From the NCBI GenBank assembly GCA_032718475.1, contig JAUCBJ010001122.1:1-47375 (forward strand): 47,375 nucleotides of DNA. The letters run 5' to 3'. Below are positions 10,500-21,089 of this stretch, piece after piece (position 1 is the first letter of the stretch; every line of letters begins with the position of its first letter). Both the position numbers and the translations under genes were made by a program. The notes beneath the pieces were generated by a model that saw only the letters and a list, made by a program, of their open reading frames with translations, had not been told where the DNA came from and did no database searches. Source of the DNA: Nemertoderma westbladi (taxonomy: Eukaryota; Animalia; Xenacoelomorpha).

Positions 10500-13400
10500 C
10501 CCAAAAACATTCAATATGCGCGCTGCTCGTTAAGTAAGTTAGATTAAAGTTAGGTTAATGAATAGGTCTAACTGTAGATTATGCAATGTATAAGTTTAAG
10601 TTCAAAAAATAAGTAATATTGAAAATAATGCATGAAACAACAGATTAAGACAACCCAAAAATATTCAATATGCGCGCTGCTCGTTAGGTAAGTTAGGTTA
10701 ACATTCAATATGCGCGCTGCTCGTTAAGTAAGTTAGATTAAAGTTAGGTTAATGAGTAAGTCTAACTGTAGATTATGCAATGTATAAGTTTAAGTTCAAA
10801 AAATAAGTAATATTAGAAATATTGAAAATAATGCATAAAACAACAGATTAAGACAAACCAAAAACATTCAAAATGCGCGCTGTTCGTTAAATAAGTTAGG
10901 TTAAAGTTAGGTTAATGAATAGGTCTAACTGTAGATTATGCAATGTATAAGTTTAAGTTCAGAAAATAAGTAATATTGAAAATAATGCATAAAACAGCAG
11001 ATTAAGACAAACCAAAAACATTCAATATGCGCGCTGCCCGTTAAGTAAGTTAGGTTAAAGTTAGGTTAATGAATAAGTCTAACTGTAGATTATGCAATGT
11101 ATAAGTTTAAGTTCAAAAAATAAGTAATATTGAAAATAATGCATAAAACAACAGATTAAGACAAACCAAAAACATTCAATATGCGTGCTGCTCGTTAAGT
11201 AAGTTAGGTTAAAGTTAGGTTAATGAATAAGTCTAACTGTAGATTATGCAATGTATAAGTTTAAGTTCAAAAAATAAGTAATATTGAAAGTAATGCATAA
11301 AATAACAGATTAAGACAAACCAAAAACATTCAATATGCGTGCTGCTCGTTAAGTAAGTTAGGTTAACATTCAAAATGCGCGCTGCTCGTTAAGTAAGTTA
11401 GATTAAGGTTAGGTTAATGAATAAGTCTAACTGTAGATTATGCAATGTATAAGTTTAAGTTCAAAAAAAAATAAGTAATATTGAAAATAATGCATAAAAC
11501 AACAGATTAAGACAAACCAAAAACATTCAAAATGCGCGCTGCTCGTTAAATAAGTTAGGTTAAAGTTAGGTTAATGAATAAGTCTAACTGTAGATTATGC
11601 AATGTATAAGTTTAAGTTCAAAAAATAAGTAATATTGAAAATAATGCATAAAACAACAGATTAAGACAAACCAAAAACATTCAAAATGCGCGCTGCTCGT
11701 TAAGTAAGTTAGGTTAAATTTAGGTTAATGAATAAGTCTAACTGTAGATTATGCAATGTATAAGTTTAAGTTCAAAAAATAAGTAATATTGAAAATAATG
11801 CATAAAACAACAGATTAAGACAAACCAAAAACATTCAATATGCGCGCTGCTCGTTAAGTAAGTTAGGTTAAATTTAGGTTAATGAATAAGTCTAACTGTA
11901 GATTATGCAATGTATAAGTTTAAGTTCAAAAAATAAGTAATATTGAAAATAATGCATAAAACAACAGATTAAGACAAACCAGAAACATTCAATATGTGTG
12001 CTGCTCGTTAAGTAAGTTAGGTTAACGTTCAATATGCGCGCTGCTCGTTAAGTAAGTTAGATTAAAGTTAGGTTAATGAGTAAGTCTAACTGTAGATTAT
12101 GCAATGTATAAGTTTAAGTTCAAAAAATAAGTAATATTGAAAATAATGCATAAAACAACAGATTAAGACAAACCAGAAACATTCAGTATGCGCGCTGCTC
12201 GTTAAGTAAGTTAGGTTAACATTCAATATGCGCGCTGCTCGTTAAGTAAGTTAGATTAAATTTAGGTTAATGAATAAGTCTAACTGTAGATTATGCAATG
12301 TATAAGTTTAAGTTCAAAAAAAAAATAAGTAATATTGAAAATAATGCATAAAACAACAGATTAAGACAAACCAGAAACATTCAATATGCGCGCTGCTCGT
12401 TAAGTAAGTTAGGTTAAAGTTAGGTTAATGAATAAGTCTAAAGATTAAGACAAACCAGAAACATTCAATATGCGCGCTGCTCGTTAAGTAAGTTAGGTTA
12501 AAGTTAGGTTACTGAATAAGTCTAACTGTAGATTATGCAATGTATAAGTTTAAGTTCAAAAAAATAAGTAATATTGAAAATAATGTATAAAACAACAGAT
12601 TAAGACAAACCAAAAACATTCAATATGTGTGCTGCTCGTTAAGTAAGTTAGGTTAACATTCAATATGCGCGCTGCTCGTTAAGTAAGTTAGATTAAGGTT
12701 AGGTTAATGAATAAGTTTAACTGTAGATTATGCAATGTATAAGTTTAAGTTCAAAAAAAAAAATAAGTAATATTGAAAATAATGTATAAAACAACAGATT
12801 AAGACAAACCAAAAACATTCAATATGCGCGCTGCTCGTTAAGTAAGTTAGGTTAAAGTTAGGTTACTGAATAAGTCTAACTGTAGATTATGCAATGTATA
12901 AGTTTAAGTTCAAAAAAAAAATAAGTAATATTGAAAATAATGCATAAAACAACAGATTAAGACAAACCAGAAACATTCAATATGCGCGCTGCTCGTTAAG
13001 TAAGTTAGGTTAAAGTTAGGTTACTGAATAAGTCTAACTGTAGATTATGCAATGTATAAGTTTAAGTTCAAAAAAATAAGTAATATTGAAAATAATGTAT
13101 AAAACAACAGATTAAGACAAACCAAAAACATTCAATATGTGTGCTGCTCGTTAAGTAAGTTAGGTTAACATTCAATATGCGCGCTGCTCGTTAAGTAAGT
13201 TAGATTAAGGTTAGGTTAATGAATAAGTTTAACTGTAGATTATGCAATGTATAAGTTTAAGTTCAAAAAAATAAGTAATATTGAAAATAATGCATGAAAC
13301 AACAGATTAAGACAACCCAAAAATATTCAAAATGCGCGCTGCCCGTTAAGTAAGTTAGATTAAAGTTAGGTTAATGAATAAGTTTAACTGTAGATTATGC

Positions 13401-13570
13401 AATGTATAAGTTTAAGTTCAAAAAATAAGTAATATTGAAACTCACGCACAAAACAACAGACCAAGACAAACCAAAAAAACACACGAAACATGCGCGCTGA
13501 TCCTTAAGTAGGTTAGGTTAATGAATAAGTCTAACTGTAGGCTATGTAATAAGTTTAAGTGAAACCAAAG
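10500..13570. repeat. Satellite of about 19 x 154-bp units plus about 6 interspersed 40-bp subunits, inside the Penelope 3' UTR
   Basis: Unit ACATTCAATATGCGCGCTGCTCGTTAAGTAAGTTAGGTTAAAGTTAGG...AAGACAAACCAAAA; period 154 (11831 to 11985). The copy nearest the ORF is the most diverged. Confidence 0.97.
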
Positions 13571-13697
13571 ATATTAAATATGTGAAGTCAGTATAATATG
13601 CAAAGTATACGTTGTAAAATAAAGAATAATTATTATTATTTTTATTTTAGGAGAGTCCATACTTTCATTAGATTAGACCCTTATTAATGTGCAGTTA

Positions 13698-15140
13698 CTA
13701 AAGTGTAGGTTGGTAGACGTTAAGGGGTGGACGATGAGTTTTGATTAGGAGTCCCTCCGCTGCGAGTAGCTCAACGGTATTCCCAAAGTATTTAAATGCG
13801 CAAATGCGGAAACACCGCATTCCGCAACCATAGAGGTGTCTTGCTAGAAGGATATCATCGTGGGTTTTGCCGTCATTCGCTTTACTTGGGTAGTTCTTAA
13901 CCATATTACGGTGGCCGTTGACTCGCTCATTTAAATGTTGTATTGTTTTGCCGATGTAAAAGCTAGGCGTGTGCAAGGAGCACCAGGCAATGTATATTAT
14001 ATGGTGTGTTTTACAATTAAACCGCCCGTGTATGTTAGCGCCCCAGGGAGTTTGCGATACGTTAGTGATGTGCTGGCATGTTAAACATCCCGGTGTCTTA
14101 CAGGGGTGATTACCAAGTCGCAAAGTCGATATGATAGTCTTGTTGTTCATAAGCATTTGTCCCAGGGAGTCGGGATTGATAGTTACCACGTTGATTCTAA
14201 GGTCGCTTCCATGTAAATGTCTTTTCGTGATGGATCTGAATTTATTTCTGAGTTGTGCGGTGCAGGGTAGGTAGAAACGTCCGGAATTGTGTTCAATTTC
14301 GTTTTCGTGATCGTCGATGCGCGTTGTAGGGGCCCATATTCTGAGTTGGTTGATTATTGTTTTCGGGTAATCTCGGAGTAGACATTCCCCTAGATATACG
14401 TCCCGGTGTATAGTAAAATCTGTAGGATTTGAACAGCGGCGGTAGATACGTAGGATTTGGTTTTTCGCAACAGCTAGTAATTGTGTTTTATCGTGGGCAC
14501 TCTTATAATTAATGGGCAACTTATTGCTAACCGGTTTTCTAAATAGTGATGTGGTAATCACTCCACGCTTCACTTCTGTCAGAACATCTAGGAAAGGTAG
14601 TGTGTGGTGAGAATATTCAATAGTAAAGCGTATGTCTTGATTACCATAGAAGTCATGGGTTGATTTATTAACCGCATCTAGTAGAGCTTGGATATTATCC
14701 TCATTCAGAAAAGCATTAATAATAGCGAAGGTATCGTCTACATAACGCTTATAGAAACGGAATGGGTAACGTTTATAATAAGGTTCACAGGTCGCCTGCT
14801 GTTCCTGAGCGGATTGTATCGATTCACAGACCGGTGTAGAGGAAGTTGGTGTAATATTAGGTTCATTTTGTCGTTTATCTGGGTCAGCGTCTACGTTTCT
14901 CTTTTGTACATATGGTAAAGTAAGTGGGGAGCAGAGAATCCTTAAGAAGTGTAATTCAAACCTAGATATAACTAGACTTGCATAATTTTTAGAGAACCCG
15001 CTACCTATAGCCGCACCCCGGGTCTGTAAGTAAATTGTCCTTCTAAATTGAAAATAATTATGTTCTAAAATAAAGCGGACAATACGGATAAAGTCACCGA
15101 CGGATATAATGGATTGGTTCTGAAAAACGGACGGATGGAA
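13698..15140 (-). CDS. Penelope-like RT (C-terminal half) + Cys linker + GIY-YIG endonuclease; 5'-truncated, no start codon
   Basis: The called ORF 13698..14573 extends in frame upstream to 15140: HNYFQF...YLQTRGAAIGS...YKRYVDDTF...IRFTIE...LPFLDV. It continues with CKTPGCLTC, IIYIAWC...FYIGKT, ERVNGH and LARH. Confidence 0.9.
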   Translation of the reverse strand, partial: FHPSVFQNQSIISVGDFIRIVRFILEHNYFQFRRTIYLQTRGAAIGSGFSKNYASLVISRFELHFLRILCSPLTLPYVQKRNVDADPDKRQNEPNITPTSSTPVCESIQSAQEQQATCEPYYKRYPFRFYKRYVDDTFAIINAFLNEDNIQALLDAVNKSTHDFYGNQDIRFTIEYSHHTLPFLDVLTEVKRGVITTSLFRKPVSNKLPINYKSAHDKTQLLAVAKNQILRIYRRCSNPTDFTIHRDVYLGECLLRDYPKTIINQLRIWAPTTRIDDHENEIEHNSGRFYLPCTAQLRNKFRSITKRHLHGSDLRINVVTINPDSLGQMLMNNKTIISTLRLGNHPCKTPGCLTCQHITNVSQTPWGANIHGRFNCKTHHIIYIAWCSLHTPSFYIGKTIQHLNERVNGHRNMVKNYPSKANDGKTHDDILLARHLYGCGMRCFRICAFKYFGNTVELLAAEGLLIKTHRPPLNVYQPTL

Positions 15141-15612
15141 AATGGATAGTACGCATATGGGGGTTGCTAATGTGTGTTTGGCTGTATATTACCTTACTTG
15201 TTATACGGAGTTGAAACTGAGCGTTTTGAGGTTTTTGTTTTTATAATAATAGTACGAGAGCTACTTAGAGACACGATTGGATTTTTACTTTATGTAAGTT
15301 TGGATAAAAATCTATTTTATTCTGGAGACTTTTGTTTTTTGTTTTTTGATTTTGTTTTCGACTTTGTTTATATTATATTACATATAGGACCTACTTAGAA
15401 CTATCTATTCTATTAGTGCTTTATTTAGGTGGCGGGAATTTCGAATTGAATTTAATTACTCCATTATGCTTTATTAATATAATAGGTCTGACGTAGCCCG
15501 GTAGGGCGAAAACGTTCACCAAATCCAGCGTTTTCATTACAATATTCAGCCAGTGTAGACCCCTAATACTTACCTATATGCTATATTTTGCTTATGGTAA
15601 TTTATTATTATT
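15141..15612 (+). repeat. Inverted Penelope pseudo-LTR at the truncated 5' end
   Basis: Reverse complement of 10028-10499; directly abuts the broken RT frame. Confidence 0.95.
15485..15520 (+). ncRNA. Minimal type I hammerhead ribozyme motif, second copy
   Basis: GGTCTGACGTAGCCCGGTAGGGCGAAAACGTTCACC; predicted cleavage after C15517. Confidence 0.75.
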
Positions 15613-15719
15613 AAAATAAATACACCGACTATGTTTTGGGTATGTTTTGTTCACTTCCAATTTGTCTCTCTGTGGTGGACCCCACTGCCTTAGCGGACCT
15701 TCTGTATGTGTAATAAGAC

Positions 15720-16140
15720 CATATTATGGTCTATCTGGGACTTGTGACCACTGGGTCCACTATGAGTCCATAGCTTTCCAGTTCGCTTCTTGAACTGGGT
15801 TCCAGCCGAAAACAATCCATTTCCAGAGATAAAATCCTGAAGATGGACGGAATTTCGTTTGACACTATTGCTATAGACCCAGGGCGATGTAGGTGATTGA
15901 TGCAGACTTGCATTAAAGTCTCCCAGGAATGTTAAGAATGCATGCTGATCCACTCCATCAACTTTTGTATAACTGGAGTTGGAAGCCAGCCTGGTTGCAT
16001 GGCGGGAGATAGAATCCAAATCGGAAAACAGGAAGGAATCGATCTCCACCGGTGGTTATACCGATAGAAACCCGATCCCTCCTGATGCACTCACATTGCA
16101 TCGTTCACCCGAGAGTAGTAGTCCGCCTACCAAGGTGACT
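15720..16140 (-). mobile_element. APE endonuclease fragment of an RTE-type LINE
   Basis: ORF 15690..16049 contains FLGDFNA, KLWTHSGP and KSQIDH motifs. Confidence 0.8.
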
Positions 16141-17279
16141 CGCCTTCAGAGAGAAAGAAACTGTAAAGAAGTTGAAGAAGTTACATAAACGGAGACCCAA
16201 AAAGAAATGACTTGTTGGGCCTATTTGGAATAGTGAACTTGTTAGAAAGTAGAACTCTAGTGTAAATATTAAACTCAAGTCCCACTTTCTGGGAATGGTG
16301 TTAAATATTTTGTGACTAAAATTCATATTTTATTAGCAATATGCTGTTCTACTCCAATGTAATAGAATGGAGTAAATAGTTTGCCAGTTTTCCCTGAACA
16401 AAACTCATATGCCCTGATGCGTTCTGTTTCAGTACACATCATTCCTTAAGATGTGGCTAATAGAAATTGTTTTCCTTGTTTTAACACAGCTGGTCCCATT
16501 GTTCAAAAGGTAAACAATAACAAATTTGACGTATATTAGCTGTTGATTGGCTAATGATAATTTTGCAATCCTTTCCTCAGAAATGGCCAGGCCAGAAAGA
16601 ATTTTCAGTTATTTACCGCATGTGTGCAGCACACTCCAGAACACAGAACCAGCTGGAATACCTTGAAACACTGACATACACATAGAACTACTTATTATCT
16701 ACGTAGCAGCGCAGCATCTGAAGAGGAACTGTTAATACTATCGCATATGTGAACATAGTTGTTAGAAATTATATAGCGAGAAACAATCGAATGAGACATA
16801 ACCAGCCCAATTTAGTAAGCCGATACTTTGGGTCACCAACACCGCACTAGCTGATTCATATCCAATGTTAAAACGTTTGGCAAAATGAAGCAAGATTTGT
16901 GTGATAATAAATATGATGGGGAAAATTATCAAAGTCTTCTAAAAGCGCGAACAACTCATAACCGAAAACAAAGGGAACTTGAATCCGTATGTCCATGCTA
17001 TGCCTCCATAAAAAAAAACGCTCCTACTCAAACCTACCTAACCAAATTACAAAATAGCCATCAACCTAATCACTCCATATGTAATATATCCTTATATTGT
17101 TATGTACAGTTAGTTTTGGTTTAAACACTGCCTATATGCTGTAGTGTATATTGTCAATGTGCGTGGTTATTTTAAATTTCGCGTTGCATATACTTATATT
17201 TGATTTGACGTCTAATTAAAAGTTCCAATTCCAAGTTCTAGACTGTGGATCGTTTCGTTTACAAAGCACAGAAGTGAAT

Positions 17280-17390
17280 ACAGACAGACTCAGAATGCAG
17301 TACGGTACTAAACACTGTGCGTGTGCAGGCAATAACAGACAGACTCAGAATGCAGTAGGGTACTAAACACTGTGCGTGTGCAGGGAATAA
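17280..17390. repeat. About 56-bp tandem duplication
   Basis: ACAGACAGACTCAGAATGCAGTA(C/G)GGTACTAAACACTGTGCGTGTGCAGG(C/G)AATAA occurs twice. Confidence 0.9.
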
Positions 17391-17718
17391 GAAGAAAAAT
17401 ATACAGTAACACGTTCGTGGTGCCTTCGCGCAGGACGAGGCCCAGTTATGAGATACAAATTAAAATTGAGCGACTGTATCACAATATCAGTATTTGAGAA
17501 ATTTAACCATATCGACAATCAATCAAAGAAAGGGGGACAGTACGTGTTCAGCCCTTTTAATCCGCCCCCCCCCCCCCCCCCCCCCCTCCTACCAACCAAT
17601 ACATAACCGCGACATCTACCACCCAAGGGGCGGAAGGGTAGCACAAACTTATTTCTAATCGCACGTTCAATATGCGAAGCCATGTGGTTTTAGGAACTAT
17701 CGAGAATTCGAGAAAATC

Positions 17719-18202
17719 GAGAATACGAGAAACTCGATCGAAATACCTGCTCATCCCAGTATCCGTCCGTAGTCACCAGACAGCTGCGGTTTATTCCCGT
17801 AGAACAGTAGAATTCCCGCAGCTTCCGACCCAATTCGACAGCGAATTCGCCTCACACTTTCGCGTGGCAGAGAACGTAATCCGGTGCGATACACGTCTGC
17901 CTGACTTTCAACAATTTCCCCCAGGCGATACCAGGATCCGGGCCGCCGCTAAACCCAAATCGCAATCCTCGTCGATTCGTCCAGTCGTCGACGTAAGTCG
18001 GACTCTTCCCACCGCACTCCAAGGTGGGTGGCCTGAGTGAGGCATGAGGAACTTGCCAGTGGCCCGCATTACGATCCGACCGACCGCCATATTCCCAGTG
18101 TAGTAAATAGAATCTTACTGACAAGCAAGCAATTCCGTAGTGTTTATTCCTCAGTTAATCGCATATTGATGCCACTCGGCTGCTCGGGTCCAGATACATC
18201 GG
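17719..18202 (-). pseudogene. ALDH3: ALDH3-family (fatty aldehyde dehydrogenase) pseudogene fragment
   Basis: Collinear motifs across shifting frames: [109 protein letters not shown]. These match the known ALDH3 catalytic region. In-frame stops and several frameshifts are present. Confidence 0.88.
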
Positions 18203-18419
18203 ACTGTCGGAAGCTGTTTAGATGAAGAAGTTGTTTAGATGGCCTTGCCAACGACCAACGACCTGAAGACGGTACCGGTAACTCTGTACCACTGTAACAG
18301 TTAACAGTACCGGTACCGTACTGTAATCCTGTAGTCTCCTAGCAACCAGCTGATGCCAAGCCTAATAATTTTTGGGTAGATTAATTTATTATAACTTTAA
18401 GACAGTTACACAGATGCTG

Positions 18420-18610
18420 CACGAAGACCCCACGCAAATTCAACCTGGAAAATACTACATATGTACCAAGTTTGGATATATTTTATCGAGATTTGGCTGA
18501 GTTATTAACGTTTAAAATTCGACACGACAGATCGACAGAACAACAGACACACTGATTGAGTTAGTGGTACCTGTATGCTAAGCTCGCTTACTTTCGTCGC
18601 TCGCCCCACA
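18420..18610 (+). mobile_element. Possible non-autonomous Helentron/HINE-like repeat fragment
   Basis: CATATGTACCAAGTTTGG, an ACAG-rich tract and a terminal GCTCGC...GCTCGCC motif resemble such elements. Pattern recognition only. Confidence 0.3.
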
Positions 18611-18677
18611 AAGTACATAGAAACCCTAAAATATCCGCACAGGTATATACGCACATGTGAGTGGATGGAGTGCTGGT

Positions 18678-21089
18678 TAGGGTGGAGTGAAAAATTTTTT
18701 TTTCTTTATTTTTAAGGGAAGCACTATTTTTCTGATGCCAAATCGTTCTAAACTAACTTTGCAAAAAAAAATTTTTGATTTCGAAAAATTCTAAGCGGGC
18801 CTCACGACACATGAAAATGTCAAATTTTTGAGAAGGCAATGCCAGTTTTGTAAATCCCAGATATTTTGTATTTTTGATAAAAGTGAAGGAATATGCAAAT
18901 ATTTAATGTCAAATAGGTTGGAAACAAACACAAAATGTGAAATTGTGATTTTCATATAAATCTACCCCAGCCTCATGGCCTTTAAAATTTTGCAAAATTT
19001 GCCAAATTTCACCCTTAAAATACAGCAAACCTACTTCGTAGTCTCTATATAGTTGAAATCGATTTACTGTGGTTTGGAGTTCTTCCTGAGTGAAAACCAA
19101 GTCCCCTGATTTGATTACAACTATATTTCAATACTAGAAACCCAGCTTGCTGGCTGTGAATTTACCTTTGGATCAAATTCCCAATAAGTATATTATAAAC
19201 AACAGTTAGGTATAGGAAGAAGGATAATTCTAAATTAGGAAAACACTAGTAAAACAGTAAAGCACTAGAAAAACAGATGAAAAACATTGTAATGCACCCG
19301 GAAAAAGTAAAATTATTGATCAACAGGAAATTTAATACATGTATTACACTGAATTGGTAATCTTAAATGTACTCCTCGCATAGCACACCATTAAGTAATC
19401 TACGTAAAACATAGGGACAACTATAAACTGTCCAGAAAACAGTGAAAAAATGATTGGCATTAAATAGCATTAAATTTTACCTAATATGCTGCTAAAAAAT
19501 AAGTTGAAAGTGTCTAATACTACACAGAAACTATTGTTGCCCGGCAACCCAGGAATAGTAACCAATCAACATGCATTTCAACAGTTTTACAGATCAGCCA
19601 GTAGAGGCATATTAATGGTGTATTCTGGTATTAGTGTATGCCAGTATTCAAGTATTGTTAGTGTTGGATCTTGTCATCTGCTAAATGTTAAACAGTTAAA
19701 GTGCAGATGTTGCGGTATTTAATATTAAGACAGCAAGAGGGCCACAGTTAGGTCCTACCTACAGAGATACTGGTATGTGAAGTGGCATACCAGTGTGGCT
19801 AGAAGCGCGGATGCAAGATCTAGAACACATCACACATGATTTTCTAGTCAGTTTGGTTTTCTGGTATGAATGGTATCCTTAATAATAAATACCACAACTT
19901 TTGCACTTCAACTGCCAACATTTAGCAGATGAATTGATCTAACACTAACAATACTGGAATACACTATGTAATACCAGAATACAGCAACACTGGTACTACT
20001 GGCTGACCAGTAAAACAAGGATAGTACTGAACTGCATGCTGATTGATTTCTTCTTTCACCTAGTATTATTAGCAGCATATCAAGCAAACAGTTGAGGCGA
20101 CCCGAAGGCTCCTCTTTCGATAGATGCTACCGAGGGTAGGGGTGGGCGCTACTATTATCCCAAGATTTGCTCCCAGTTATTTAACTGGTACTCAATATAT
20201 CGACCCCAGTGGATGAAAGGCGGCTGAGTGGACCCTGGTGGGGCTGAACTTACAACCAATCGATTGCAGGCCTGACGCTCAGCCAATTGAGCTACCCCGC
20301 TTTCTAGTGAAATATAGGTAAAATTTCACTGTTGTCCAGAGGGTTTATAGTGTTTTCCCTATGTTTTACGGAGATTACTTAAACGTGTGCTATGCGAGGA
20401 GTACATTTAAGATTACCAATTCAGTGTAATCGATGTATTACATTTCCTGTTGATCAATAATTGTAATGTTTTCCGGGTGGTTTACAGTGTTTTTCATGTG
20501 TTTCTAGTGTTTTACTAGTGTTTTCCTAATTTAGAATTATCCTTCTTCCTAGACCTAGGCCTACTGTTGTTTATAATATACTTATTGGGAATTTGATCCA
20601 AAGGCAAATTCACAGCCAGCTAGCTGGGTTTCTAGTATTGAAATATAGTTGTGATCAAATCAGGGGACTTGGTTTTCACTCAGGAAGAACTCCAAATCAC
20701 AGTAAATCGATTTCAACTATACAGACTACGAAGTAGGTTTGCTGTATTTTTAGGGCTAAATTTGGCAAATTTTGCAAAATATTAAACGCCATGAGGCTGG
20801 TGTAGATTTATATGAAAATCACAATTTCACATTTTGTGTTTGTTTCCAACCTATTTGACATTAAATATTTGCATCTTCCTTAACTTTTATCAAAAATACA
20901 AAATATCTAAGAATTTCAAAACTGGCATTGCCTTCCCAAAAATTTGAAATTTTCAAGTGTCTTGAGGCCCGCTTAGAATTTTTCAAAATCAAAAATTTTT
21001 TTTTGCAATGTTAGTTTAGACCGATTTGGCATCAGAAAAAAGGTGCTTCCCTTAAAAGTAAAGAAATTTTTTTTTTTCACTCCACCCTA
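18678..21089. mobile_element. 2.4-kb foldback (near-palindromic) non-autonomous hAT-type DNA transposon
   Basis: Termini TAGGGTGGAGTGAAAAA / TTTTTCACTCCACCCTA; exact 8-bp TSD GTGCTGGT (18670-18677, 21090-21097). Arms are reverse-complementary inward to about 19730 / 19878. No transposase. Confidence 0.92.
20081..20311 (-). mobile_element. tRNA-derived SINE (Meta-SINE-like core) inserted in the right arm of the hAT foldback
   Basis: Minus strand: A-box GGTAGCTCAATTGG, B-box-like GTTCAGCCC, core CTCAGCC...TTTCATCC...GGGGTCGATATATTGAGTACCAG. Absent from the left arm; flanked by ATAT. Confidence 0.8.

Larger units (their letters stand above)
10028..15612 (-). mobile_element. Penelope-like retroelement (C-terminal GIY-YIG, Neptune-like), 5'-truncated, with inverted pseudo-LTRs
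   Basis: RT + GIY-YIG frame at 15140-13698. 10028-10499 and 15141-15612 are 472-bp reverse complements, each with a hammerhead motif. ATTAAAATAA overlaps both ends (10023-10032, 15610-15619) as a possible TSD. Confidence 0.93.

Noticed and set aside
10540-13530. TTAGG telomere-like motifs in the satellite
   Set aside because: Only one or two interrupted TTAGG per 154-bp unit; not a telomeric tract.
10500-13570. CRISPR array interpretation of the satellite (and of the 3972-4517 array)
   Set aside because: Units repeat in full with no unique spacers, there are no cas genes, and the context is eukaryotic.
20225-20300. Functional tRNA genes here and at about 21610-21680
   Set aside because: Acceptor stems do not close and the heads run into SINE-like bodies.
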